DNA of 64,000 nucleotides from Octopus vulgaris (taxonomy: Eukaryota): positions 3,658,001 to 3,722,000 of the forward strand of contig OX597834.1 in the NCBI GenBank assembly GCA_951406725.2, read 5' to 3'. Under the pieces are notes generated by a model that worked only from the letters and a program-made list of their open reading frames with translations, made no database searches and was not told where the DNA came from. Made by a program: the position numbers and the translations under genes. Below, in pieces: positions 13,559 through 64,000 of this stretch (within the stretch, counting starts at the first letter, position 1; every line of letters begins with the position of its first letter).

Positions 13559-13768
13559 GATTTGGGCATAATGCTAGTAGTTTCGGATGAGGGGATAAGA
13601 CGATTACATCGACCCCAGTGTTCCACTGGTCCCTATTTTGCCAAACCCGAAAGGATGAAAGGGAAGGTCGACCTTGGCAGAACTTGAACTCTGAACGTGA
13701 AGACAGGCGAAATCCCACTTCGCATTTTTCCCGGCATGCTAACATTTCTGCCAGCTCGTCACAACAAC

Positions 13769-13843
<75 letters not shown>

Positions 13844-14035
13844 AAGAAGAATCCTATCTACTAATAGCGCAAGGCCTGAAATTTGTGGGGAGGGCGACAA
13901 GTCGATTACACCGACCAAAGGTTTCGCTGGTATTCAATTTATCGATCCCGAGGGGATTAAAAGAGAAGTCAACCTTGGTGGAATTTGAACTCAGAATGTA
14001 AAGATGGACGAAATACCTATTTTTTTTACTACCCA
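13559..14035 (-). mobile_element. Two diverged family-1-related SINEs separated by (TAA)n(GAA)n
   Basis: Reverse-strand atcgacccc/aaggatgaaa/tgaactcagaa blocks. Confidence 0.7.
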
Positions 14036-14139
14036 CATATCTTTTTAACACGACCATTATTTATTACAATTTATTTCTCGTCTTTTTATGCAAATGTAGC
14101 AAGAGACGATGCAGCAATGTCCTTCTCTAGACATAACAG

Positions 14140-14535
14140 GGGAAAATTATAGTATAGTTAAATTACAAGAAAAGTACGCCAGTTGAGCTTAATTCGTCCT
14201 AGTCGAAAGACGCCTGTTTGTGATGTCCTGTTATTGTTATTAATATTATTATTATTTTTTTACGTATTATTTTTGTATTCATATTCGTGTAACATCGTCC
14301 GTTTTCTGTCTTTGTTTTGTATACATTCGAAGCTTTCTTCCAAGGAATCTAATGCGCTTAGCTTAGTTTCTCTTTGGTGCTGGCCAGATTGGAGCAATCT
14401 CAAGATTAATCAGCCGAAATTGCGAGGATGATCCGGTTCTTGACTGAAGATTGAAGGCTTCGAATGTCCCGTCCGTGTTTTTTGTGACGTCATCAAAATG
14501 TTTTGCGTTCTTGTCCCAGTTTGTATTTTTATACA
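14140..14535 (+). mobile_element. Penelope-like terminal repeat (family C) directly upstream of BDH2 coding exon 1
   Basis: The 3' end gttttgcgttcttgtccc..ttgtattt matches the reverse of 31247-31278. Degenerate HHR-like CTGAAGA..TTCGAATGTC at ~14454-14468. Confidence 0.45.
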
Positions 14536-14565
14536 TATATTAAGTACCCTCATTTCATCTTTCAG

Positions 14566-53630
<39,065 letters not shown>

Positions 53631-53719
53631 GCTGTGAAGATTGAGCACTCTCTGGAAATATCCTTACAACCAGAAAAAAACAAAAGCACCAATTTTTGTG
53701 AATGTAAAAATTAACAGAG

Positions 53720-53737
53720 AATAAATAAATAAATAAA
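53720..53737 (+). terminator. Polyadenylation signal cluster for BDH2
   Basis: Overlapping AATAAA hexamers about 90 nt after the stop codon. Confidence 0.6.
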
Positions 53738-54449
53738 ACATATATTTTAATATTTTTAATATTCAATGAAATTAGACATTAAATTTGTACAAATTTCATC
53801 AACGCCAGAAGGATCGTTAGTCGCCTGATCTGCCAAAAATAACTGCAAAATGATACACTATCAGGTTTAAAAAAAGAGATGATGTATCGGATAAGGTAAA
53901 TGTCTGAAAAGGAGAGATGAGATGGTCATGACTGGAGTGTCTTTGGTCATATGTGTTCTTGGTCAAGGGTGACCTGAATCTAAACTGTTGGATGATGAAA
54001 ACTCAATTCCGGTGGGATCTTGGACTTGAAATCTTCAATTTTGGATCGAATTAAGTGCTGTAAGATGTTTTACAGATTCGTCAATCCATGGTCTTTGTAA
54101 TAATAATGGCGATGATGATGGTCACTCGCATCGATTTCGATGTATGAATATTTAAAGGAAAAGACTAAATTTTTTTTCAAAAGTGTTTTAAAAAGACACT
54201 GCGTCTATTTGTGATGGAGTTTGCTATGAAGTCACAATGAGGATTTTGATTTTGCCTAGAATTCGACAAATATGTCTGTTGATTACAAGATAAAGTTCTA
54301 TTGTTCTATTTCTTCAACTCAAATTCCTTGGACATATCATGACACATTTTACGTCACACAGATCTATCTAGATCGTAACTTTCTCAAGAGGTCAGGATGT
54401 TAGTGATTGCTCTTATCGTGATACCTTAGCAGGGGGGGGGGGTCTTCTT

Positions 54450-56950
54450 TTACCGCGAAATCCCTCTACTTGTTGACCATACAAAAGAATTTTCGGAATG
54501 CGATCATATTGCATTCTAACATGTACTGCTCATCTGCACTGAATTGTAGCAGCCTCAGCGCATGTGCGCGCATCATCAGCCAAGGCATGCCCAACCCTTC
54601 ACGCAGCGGATGCTGACAGCAAATGGGCTGTCTGACCAGCAGCACACATTTCCTTTACGAGAAGCGGAAGAGCAAGCGTTCCATCTAGTCAAATATAATA
54701 CGGAGCAGGGCACGACGGTCATGGTCTCGGGAGCAAAGTCACCTGCTCGACTGACACAGATCGCTGTTCATAGATGTGGTGACCATTAGTGAGAACAGAA
54801 TTTCCGAGATACATCGATAACAGCCACGGCTGGACGGGAATCCTGTAGGAGAGTCGCGGTGTTGTTTGGGAAGGTCTGGATTGCGAAATACGATATACCT
54901 TCCTGGAATTAAGATGATGGGTCTGGACGTGACCACCAGTGAAGGCTATTCCGACTAGTAGCCGTTGACGCCCCAACATAGAGTCTTTCCTAGGAACGTC
55001 CCACTTTTTAGTGCTGCGCTAGCAGAGCTTAAGCGCATGCGCTAAGACACCAAAGAACATAAGCTGTACGATGAGTCGAGTGTCAGGGTTGCAGCATGAC
55101 AATAAAGCCACAATTTGGTCTTTGGCAGACCATGAGGACTGCACATCACTCGATCCCAAGTATATGTGTGCAGCTTTCAACTGCAATTTGTACAACTTTT
55201 CGAAACGAGTGGTGGACTGGATCACAAAAGAAGAGACTTCAGTGTTCACACGACGTCATGCCACGACTTTCGGCAATGGTGGCAACGGTCACACAAATAC
55301 TAGAAGCGTCGACTAGCTACTCGAAAGCCAAACCACTTGGTTTGGATTGTCCTGACGAGTTCTGAGTCTATATGTCAGACTTGTATGCCGAACTCTTGGT
55401 AGATATTCCATACAAAATACGAAAATCGCCAGTTTTGTGTGCAAGGTAGCGATAGTGCTGCTGAGAAAGGACACAAAATAGCGGAATACAAGTTGGCGCA
55501 TATCGAAAGTCTTTTTGGTGATACGCAAACGTTTTGTGCTCCGAACAGATCAATCATAACCTTTATTTCTTGTGATACATCTCAGAGAGGAATTAAAAAG
55601 AACCTGGCACAGACTGAGTCCTAAATGACTTCGATCACTCGAAAGCTTTCGATAGACCACTAACACATGATGGCTGTCTCCAAAGCAACTGGTTTCATCG
55701 CTGGGTCAGCGCAATGTAGAACAATATCAGTTTGGTGTTTAGGGAGAAAAGGCAGCTCAGCTATCATAACACTTCAGCATCACGTGCTCGGTCCCTCGAG
55801 GTTACCTCCTTTCGTTTCTTCTTCATGAGATGGGTCTTGAGTCAGTATTCCGAAAACCAGAAACATTGAAGGGCATCCAATACGAACTAAGATGTTCTGC
55901 ACTGGTATATGCGAACGGTTGCCCACTATAATAACGTTGGGTATCAAGAATACCAAAGATTGGTACCGCTGTAGCAGAGTACGAGACGATAACAGGGGCC
56001 AAAATCAGCGATGTAAAGTCGGTGGCGTTGCAGCTCGGTATCTGGAGAAGCATATCTGAAGGCGGCGAGCTGGCAGAAACGTTAGCACGCCGGGCGAAAT
56101 GCGTAGCCGTATTTCGTCTGCCGTTACGTTCTGAGTTCAAATTCCGCCGAAGTCGACTTTGCCTTTCATCCTTTCGGGGTCGATAAATTAAGTACCAATT
56201 GCGCACTGGGGTCGATATAATCGACTTAATCCGTTTGTCTGTCCTTGTTTGTTCCCTCTGTGTTTAGCCCCTTGTGTGTAGTAAAGAAATAGGTATCTGG
56301 AGAGGCATAAATGTTGTAGAGCGCTGGACAGATGGGCTTGTTAAATTCCTTTCAATTGGTTCGGTCCTGATCTCCAGGTGAGGAAGAATTAGGATGAGGA
56401 AACGAACAGAGTGGCCTGCTTTGCTCCGAAATAGGTTGAGCGAAAACTATCTCCGAAAAGTCGGGAAAAGGTGGCAAACGTCAAGATCGCCTCACTATAT
56501 TCTAATATCGTCCCAACCACCGTGCCTTGCTGCAGTTCATGCAGACTGGAGACTGCTCTTCGATTTTCATGGAAGGATGTATTCCACTGGTCAGGCGCCC
56601 CATTTGTTGTCAGTACCTGTCGCAGGGTTGGACCAATGCCTCGACAGTGAACATGTGTGACTGCCGTCATTCAGATGTGTTTTTCCCAGTTCATCTCAAG
56701 CAGTCGAGAGCTCACAACTTTCTGTCACTCGAGCAATGCAACCGAAGTGCAGAAATTTCTGTCTCGGTGATGTTATGTTTCCAGAGGTTGAATTGGCTCA
56801 ACTTGCCTCAGTAAACTTTGTAAAGTAGCCCAGAGTGCTGAACTCTGGCTCGAGGAAAGGGTCCAATAAGACAACTCGTGACTCAGGCCCTCGAGATAGA
56901 AGGCATGTACTCTGATCTGGTGCAGGAAAGATCGAAGTCATTCTGCGCAA
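54450..56950 (-). mobile_element. Heavily decayed LTR-retrotransposon-like (Gypsy?) internal region
   Basis: GC-richer block with a gag-like LHELQQG..EY...F peptide on the minus strand, no intact ORF. Confidence 0.3.
56061..56291 (+). mobile_element. SINE family 1
   Basis: Full copy. Confidence 0.85.
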
Positions 56951-57550
56951 AGAATAGGCAGACAGACAGATTGATAGATAATCAGGCAGGCAGATAGAAA
57001 GACAAAAAGTAGAGTTAAACAAATAGGAATTTGAATAAAGACAGAACACAAAGAAGGGTAAGTTATGAATACAGATTTTATTGATAATTGATGTACGTGT
57101 TTCTATTCTTACACGTAGACATGCTAATTTTGAATGTTCATTAGGGAAGCTATAAAGTGCAAAGATTGGTGGATTTCACTGCAAAAATATCCAATGAAAA
57201 TCTTACAAAATATTCAGGTGATTGACAAAAAAATTACAAAAAACAGAAAAAATATTGAAATTTGTGATAAAAATAGCTTACAGATGACGTTTTATATATA
57301 AGGAACATCCTTTTTGCCAAATGCCAAACCATAACTAAATGAAATCCGTGTTCAAGAAACACCGATTTTTTATTTTCATCCATTTCTCCATAGAATGGAC
57401 AAATTTGTATAAAAGAAACACATTTCCCCCATTTTTATTGTTTCCATTTGTGAGATAAATTTCTTTCACAAATGTGTGTGTATGCATATTTATGAGTATA
57501 TGTATGGATGTATACGTATATACAACTATTCACGCACACATACAAACATA

Positions 57551-57595
<45 letters not shown>

Positions 57596-57609
57596 CGATA
57601 AGTAAATAT

Positions 57610-59290
57610 ATATCGGCTTGGTCTTCGCCCAGCTCACTTGAGGGCCAAGCTTTGTTGATTTCTCTCGGTTAGTATCTGGTTAGTGTGTCCCTGAGCAGGT
57701 CAATCGAGTTGATGATTAGGGTGGTATCGTCCGCACACTCCCGGTCGATAAAATGGTAGTTCCCGAAGGTAACGCCAGAAACTCCCTCACAGCGCTTGAT
57801 CATCAGATAATTGATGACACAGTTGAAAAGGTCGGGGGGGGGAAGTCACGCAGCCCTGTCTGACCCCGCTGTCGATGGGAAGTCAGTCAGAATCCTTTCC
57901 GTTTACCCGCACGCAGCTCTCTATAGGCTCTGCTATAGGGCCATTGGGGCAGGACAGTGACCTAGAGAGGCGCGTCGACGAGCTTCAGAATTTTCCAGAG
58001 GGATGCGTGGTTGACCATGTCGAATGTCGCTTTGAGGTCAACGAAGACGATATCAAGGCGGTGAATTTTACGGAACTCCATCGCCCCAGGGCAGCCATTC
58101 CGCTGTCCGAGAGCTACAACATCACCCTTGCAGGACTCTGCGAAACACGCTGGCCGCCCGGCAGTGGCTGGCTCATCGCAGGAGACTACTGCCTCATCTG
58201 GAGTGGCCTTTGCGGCGTGACACTGGCTACACCCAAGCACGCCTGCAGGTCGCACATCAGCTGCAACCTGGTGAGCTATGCTTGCTGTCTGCCCGTTTTC
58301 ACCATGGGCACGGGAAGATGACTATCGTCGTGGCCTACAGAGGACCCAGTCAAGGATGACAACTACAACCAACCCCAACAGGTTTTAGGACAAATCCCAC
58401 CCCCACGACATCACGATCTCGACGGACCCCAATGCTACCATCTCCTTTTATCCCAGGCTCCCTTCAACCGACTCACTCCAAATTCAATCCATTGGCACAA
58501 CTTTCGTCACTCCATCTACCAATGACAATGATAATTGTCTGCTACTCCTATGCCACTACAACAACCTCTATATCGCCGACACCTGGTTTCACCACAAACT
58601 TAGCCATCGCTGGACTTGGCACGGTCCGGACAGCGATCGACCACATCATCTCCCGCCGCTGGATGTCATTTGTCACCAACTGGTGGGTTTATAGAGGAGC
58701 TCAACTCGGCAATACCGATCATAGATTGCGGGCTGCAACACTCAAGCTGAAGTTGCGGAAAGATCCTGCCACCAAGAACCAGCCCCGCCCTGACTCTTCT
58801 TGTTTCTGTGATCCCAACATTGCTTCTATATTTGCTTCAGTGTCCTGGCCGAGGATGAGACTGTCAACTTAGAGATCTTAAATCAAGCGTCAACCAGTCT
58901 GCCCATGACGTCCTGGTAAACTCAAGACCCCTTCCCAAGCGGCCCTGAATTTCCCCGTGAACGCTAAAGGCAACAAAATGCGGTCGCAAGGCTCGTTTGC
59001 ACGACGACACGAATGAGTAACGCCGGCTCAACCGGATTCACAAGGTCATCACAGATGACGGGGAGAAGTTCTGGGCGGAAGAAGCCGAGCGCCTGGAGGC
59101 AGGAGCAAGGAACAACGACTTCAGGTAGGTGTTCACCATGCTCTGCAGAGCTCGTACCGGTTCCCCGTTCAGAACAGCCCTGGCGAACGTCATCACCACA
59201 GAAACCGCCTGTCTCGAATGCTGGAAAGAGCACTTCAGCCTTCTTCATCAACCACCTGTCCCAATCGATCCCAGCCTAACCACCACTGCA
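57610..59290. mobile_element. RTE-clade LINE, rearranged (RT on -, APE on +)
   Basis: Minus 57610-58080: FVDLKATFDMVNHASLW, SGVRQGCV, ADD. Plus 58075-59290: GLCETRW, IDHII, TDHRL. Confidence 0.8.
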
Positions 59291-59595
59291 GGCACAATAT
59301 ATGTGTGTATTCGTTCGTTTATTTGTTTTATATCCCCTTTTCTATGCTAGCTTGGGTTAGAAAAATATATTATTGACTGTTTTTTTTTCTTTAATTTTTC
59401 AAAGGTGGTTGTCATTATGTTTTTTTTTTTTTCTTTTTCCATTTAAGTACTCCCTTTGTCCACACCTCTTCGAAGGTGAAAAGTCAGGAGGTGGTTTTGT
59501 GATGCGGGAAATCTAAAGTTACCGAGTGTAGGTTAGCAAAAATGTGAACAAACAAGTGCACTTTTTTTTTATTCACATACCTATACCTACACATT

Positions 59596-59723
59596 TACCA
59601 ACCACGTAGTTCCGGGTTAAGTTCCACTACCTGGTGCCTTGGGCATATGTCTTTTACTATAGTCTCGAGCCGACTAAAGCTTTTTGAGATTTGGTAGACG
59701 AAAACTGAAGCAGAAAGAAGTCC

Positions 59724-59724
<1 letters not shown>
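59596..59724 (+). mobile_element. SINE family 2, 5' fragment
   Basis: accaaccac..ccggg..ccttgggca..tggtagacg.aaactga. Confidence 0.65.
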
Positions 59725-59777
<53 letters not shown>

Positions 59778-60310
59778 CATCTGTGTGTGTGTGAGAGTGT
59801 ATGTGCATGTGTATGTGAGTATGTATCTGTGTGTGTGTGCGTGCATATCAAAATTGATGGTGTAATCTTACTAACGGTTCCAGATTCAGTAGCAACTTAC
59901 ATTGTGCATTAAGCGATAAATAACATACAATAGAAAGTAATGGATAAATGCAATTAAGCATATGCACGATTCTGAGGCAGAAAAATAATCTTATTATCAG
60001 TGCAGATACTTCATAATTTACGACGTAATCTGATTCTTCAGCAGGTACGAACCACCAGGTATTTTAAAGAACAGCGAATCACACGCCTTTTCTACCATCT
60101 TCTCGATAAACACAGAGTATTATTTCAATAATACTAATTAAAGAAATTAGTATTATTTCAATAATACTAATTAAAAAAAATTTTTTTCCCATCTTGAAAA
60201 TTTGCCTTGTAATGAAATCCGGTTTGATTTCCTTTTTTCTAATTTTTCATACACCCATTTTTATTAAAATTTGCTTTCAGTTTAGCATTCTGTCTTATTA
60301 TTTTTCTTCT

Positions 60311-60362
<52 letters not shown>

Positions 60363-60367
60363 GTATG

Positions 60368-60506
<139 letters not shown>

Positions 60507-60630
60507 ATTAGAGATAAAACCACTATTAGGCAAATCATACAATGAAAAACTCAAGCCAATACATAAGATTGATTAATTTATATTATTTTAAATATATATC
60601 AAAATTATTAAAAAAAAATAATTAGTATAA

Positions 60631-60693
60631 CACTACGATCGTTTCATGGCTGTCCAATTCTTAAAATTTCGGGTTACAGTCATTCTTCAGGTG
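60631..60693 (-). ncRNA. Type I hammerhead ribozyme, canonical core
   Basis: CAC-CTGAAGA-ATGACTG..CAGCCAT-GAAA-CGATCG-TA^-GTG. Confidence 0.78.
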
Positions 60694-60793
60694 ATTTAGA
60701 TATCTAAAATATAATCAGAAATATATTATTATATTATTTATATCTTAAAAAATATTGTTTAAATATTTCTGATTATATTTTAGATATTTAAAT

Positions 60794-60856
60794 CACATGA
60801 AGAATGAGTGTAAACCGAAATTTTAAGAATTGGACAGCCATGAAACGATCGTAGTG
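60794..60856 (+). ncRNA. Hammerhead ribozyme copy with C3A core mutation
   Basis: CAC-ATGAAGA-ATGAGTG..CAGCCAT-GAAA-CGATCG-TA-GTG. Confidence 0.6.
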
Positions 60857-61068
60857 TTATACTAATTATCTTTTTTTAATAATTTTGATATATATTTAAA
60901 ATAATATAAATTAATTAATCTTAAGTATTGGGTTGAGTTTTTCATTGTATGATTTGCCTAATAGTGGTTTTATCTCTAATTTAATATAATATAATATTTT
61001 ACTATAAAATTGGATTCAATCCTAAATCTGATTTTTCCCTGTAAGTTTGGATTTATTCCCTAATATTT

Positions 61069-61176
<108 letters not shown>

Positions 61177-61424
61177 AGATGTGGAACACGAGTTGTGATA
61201 TATAAAAAGGAAATGAAGAAAATGCTGACAAAATAATTTAAGTAATTTAAGTAATTTAATTACGTGAAAGTTCTTTTTACCGGTTGCGCATTTGTTATGC
61301 TATCAAAAGATTAGAGTTCCTTTCTATATATAAGAAGTTAGATAAATCCGATTTATGGGATTATCTTAGGTGTCACGTTCATAAAGAGCTTAGCTTTATG
61401 GACGTGAAATTTAAGGTAATTTCA

Positions 61425-62275
61425 TAAACCGGCCCAATGCCTACCAAGAGGGGCGACGGGGAGGGCGGTCCGTCCCGGGCGGCACAATATAGACTTTAAT
61501 AATGTATAGTAGCTATTAATATTTCCTTAAAATTTTAATTTATCATCAGTAAACTTGTATTTTTGTGTTAATATTGCGTAATATTGTTAATACAGTAATG
61601 TTGTGTGTTATTGGATAAGAGAGTCGATGATATTCAGGAAGTTGATTATTTTTTAGGTTGGCCTATATTCTATTTGCTTTTATTCATATAAATTTACGAT
61701 ACGACTGATATAATTTGAGATGAAGTGAATTAAGGATAGCGATGCAACATTTCGAAAAAAGAAAAGAAGAAAAACGAGAGAAGAAGAAGAAGAAATGCGA
61801 AATGAAGGTGGCATAATTAACCTAATTAAATTTCTCATCAGACCCAAGCGTTCAGCTGAAACTGGTATTACTGTAGAAGGTCATGAAGTGGAACTTGAAG
61901 AGAAAATAGAAGATGATGATGATGATGATGCTGATCCACCAGAAACTACTGAAGAACAAAACTCTAATATTAATTTGAAAGACATTGGGATGTGGCCTGC
62001 TAAGTTTAATCAAGGTGACGGTGGTTCGGGAAATCCTTGAGCAACAAGGATCGAAGTTTTGGGCAAAAATATTGACTGTGGATTCAAAGAAGTTGTACAT
62101 CCAGGACAAATAAGAAAGCTGAAAGGGGAGACTGGAAGACTGTCAAGAAACTGGCTTTTTCGAACTTTACAAAGCGGGGAGAAAAATCTTGAGAACTTGG
62201 GTGATGTACTCTCCATCGAAAGAAGCTGTGTTTTGTTTTTGTTGTCAGCTATTTTCAAGAGAAAACTCAAAGTTA
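61425..62275 (+). mobile_element. 5' part of a hAT transposon (TTF zinc-finger region)
   Basis: GC-rich subterminal region, DIGMWP..SRNWLFRTLQSGEK..RTWVMYSPSKEAVFCFCCQLF (frameshifted). Confidence 0.75.
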
Positions 62276-62511
62276 CCACACATCCACTCCTGCGCCTGTA
62301 AATATATATGGTGACCATAGTGGTCAGTCCGATATTTGGACGTACGTAATTACCGTTTATACTACGGCAAAGTATCATATTATTGGAAACTTGAGCCACA
62401 GAGCGCAGGTAAGATTACACACGAACCTTTCTACGCAACTGTTTGCACTCACGCACTTATACAAGGCAAGTCATAAATAAGGATCATCACATATTAATCA
62501 ATCTTAGTACA

Positions 62512-62777
62512 TTTGACTTACAGCTGTTGCTAAAAGCCATTATAAGTTCGTTATCGGTAGATTGATAAGCCTATTGATCGGTTGGGGAAACTGAACGACC
62601 GAGAGAATTGATGTTTCTTTTGTCAGAGTTATTTCTGGTTATAACTAGAAACGAATCTGACGAAAATAACATTAATTCCCTGGGTCGTTCGATTATTCTC
62701 AACCGATTCATGGGCTAATTGAGTAAATCTATCAATAATATATCTATAATGACTACTGGAAACAGTTTTAAGTCGAA
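62512..62777. repeat. Imperfect 265-bp palindrome (old MITE)
   Basis: Dyad centred on ttctggttataactagaa (~62633-62650). Confidence 0.7.
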
Positions 62778-63139
62778 TTTAGTACAATAAAGTAATACGT
62801 AACGACCATTATTTATGCCTTGTCTTATACACCAGAATAACTGGAACACAAGCATGGATTTACAATATGGAATGGCTATGAACTATAACCTCGAGCCCTG
62901 TCACAAGAATTACACGGAATTCTTTACTAATCTAAACAATATTATGAGCCCGGTGTACTAACAGAGGATTTATAAAGTATTTTGCCCGGATTGATAATCC
63001 TTTATAGCCTCGTTAAGCTATACATAAATAAACTCATGGAGATGAGAATGTGTTAGCGAAAGACTTATTCCTTTAAGTACAGTTTGATGTACTTAAAGGA
63101 ATAAATCTTTCACTACAGCTACCAGCTATTTCTGCCTCT

Positions 63140-63975
63140 TGGAAGCCCCCTCAACTGGAAGTCCACTTCGCTGCAGTCTAGCTCACTAGCTAGCTCGCAG
63201 CGAAGTCCCTGTCTACAGTACGCATGTCTTAAATCCTGCCCCCCAAGAACTGTTGACTGTCATTGGAACCGGGAAGACGCTTTAATTGTCCTGCCTGTGC
63301 ATGTGGTTACTCGGCTCTTTGGTGACTGTTCCTTGCCATGGGTTGGTGCACTTTGCCTGGGGTGGCCTCTGTTTGGTGGTTGAGCTACCTGAACGGGGCT
63401 GTCAGTATCGAGATGAGTCGGTTTCAACCTACCGATGGAAACTGTGTCCTGTCATCCGCCAATTAGGAGTTGAAATGATTTGTCTCTCGGACATATGATT
63501 TCATATGGACCATCGTCGGGTGACTGGAGGGGTTTTGGTTTTAGTAATGTGTATATGAAATGGTGCTTCATTACACGTTGAACGAACACAAAGTTAGCTG
63601 TGTGGAGGTCGTTTGGTACGGATGGTCTGGGTGTACCGTGTGTTGACATAGGAATAAGGCGCAACTGGCCCAAGCTGTCCTTCAATTGAGGGAGGCACCT
63701 TTTGACATCCGGGTCTGACTTCGTATTCGGAAGGAACTCTCCTGGTGCTGTAAGAGGGGAACCATACACATTTCCGCAGAGGAATTGTTGAGATTTTCTT
63801 TTGGAGCGGTGCGGATTCCCAGCATCACTCATGGAAGTTGATCAATCCAATTGGGTCCGTTAAGTCTGGTTGTCAGGGATTCCTTCAGGCGGCGATAAAA
63901 TCTCTCCAGTGACCCGGTGGCTTGTGGATGGTAGGCTATTGTGTTGTTCATTGTGATTCCAAAATGGTCACAGAT
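63140..63975 (-). mobile_element. Gypsy-like integrase C-terminal fragment
   Basis: VYGSPLTAPGEF..FVFVQR..KPLQSPDDGPYEII..TVSIGRLKP (GPY/F module), PPT-like GAGGGGG near 63146-63152. Confidence 0.75.
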
Positions 63976-64000
63976 ATATATATATATAAATATAAATATA

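Overview
AT-rich eukaryotic genomic DNA saturated with microsatellites and transposons. It is most likely a coleoid cephalopod such as Octopus, inferred only from the tRNA-derived SINE families and repeat landscape. One host gene can be reconstructed by hand. It is a BDH2/DHRS6-type short-chain dehydrogenase on the + strand with 9 coding exons (14566-53630, 756 nt, 251 aa) and a GC-AG second intron. Almost all long ORFs in the supplied track are microsatellite artefacts or TE fragments (Tx1, R4/Dong, CR1, RTE, Gypsy, hAT, mariner, Merlin-like MITE, Helitrons, SINEs). The most interesting signal is non-coding. More than 15 type-I hammerhead-ribozyme (HHR) motifs from several distinct sequence families sit in short non-coding elements. 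These elements often have a fold-back (inverted + direct terminal repeat) structure and are mostly docked in (TA)n tracts. They look like non-autonomous Penelope-like or retrozyme-like elements, and one is complete, with a 355-nt unit and a 13-bp target-site duplication. A degenerate HDV-like ribozyme fold also marks the 5' end of an RTE-like repeat. All RNA folds were paired by eye, and none is computationally or experimentally verified.
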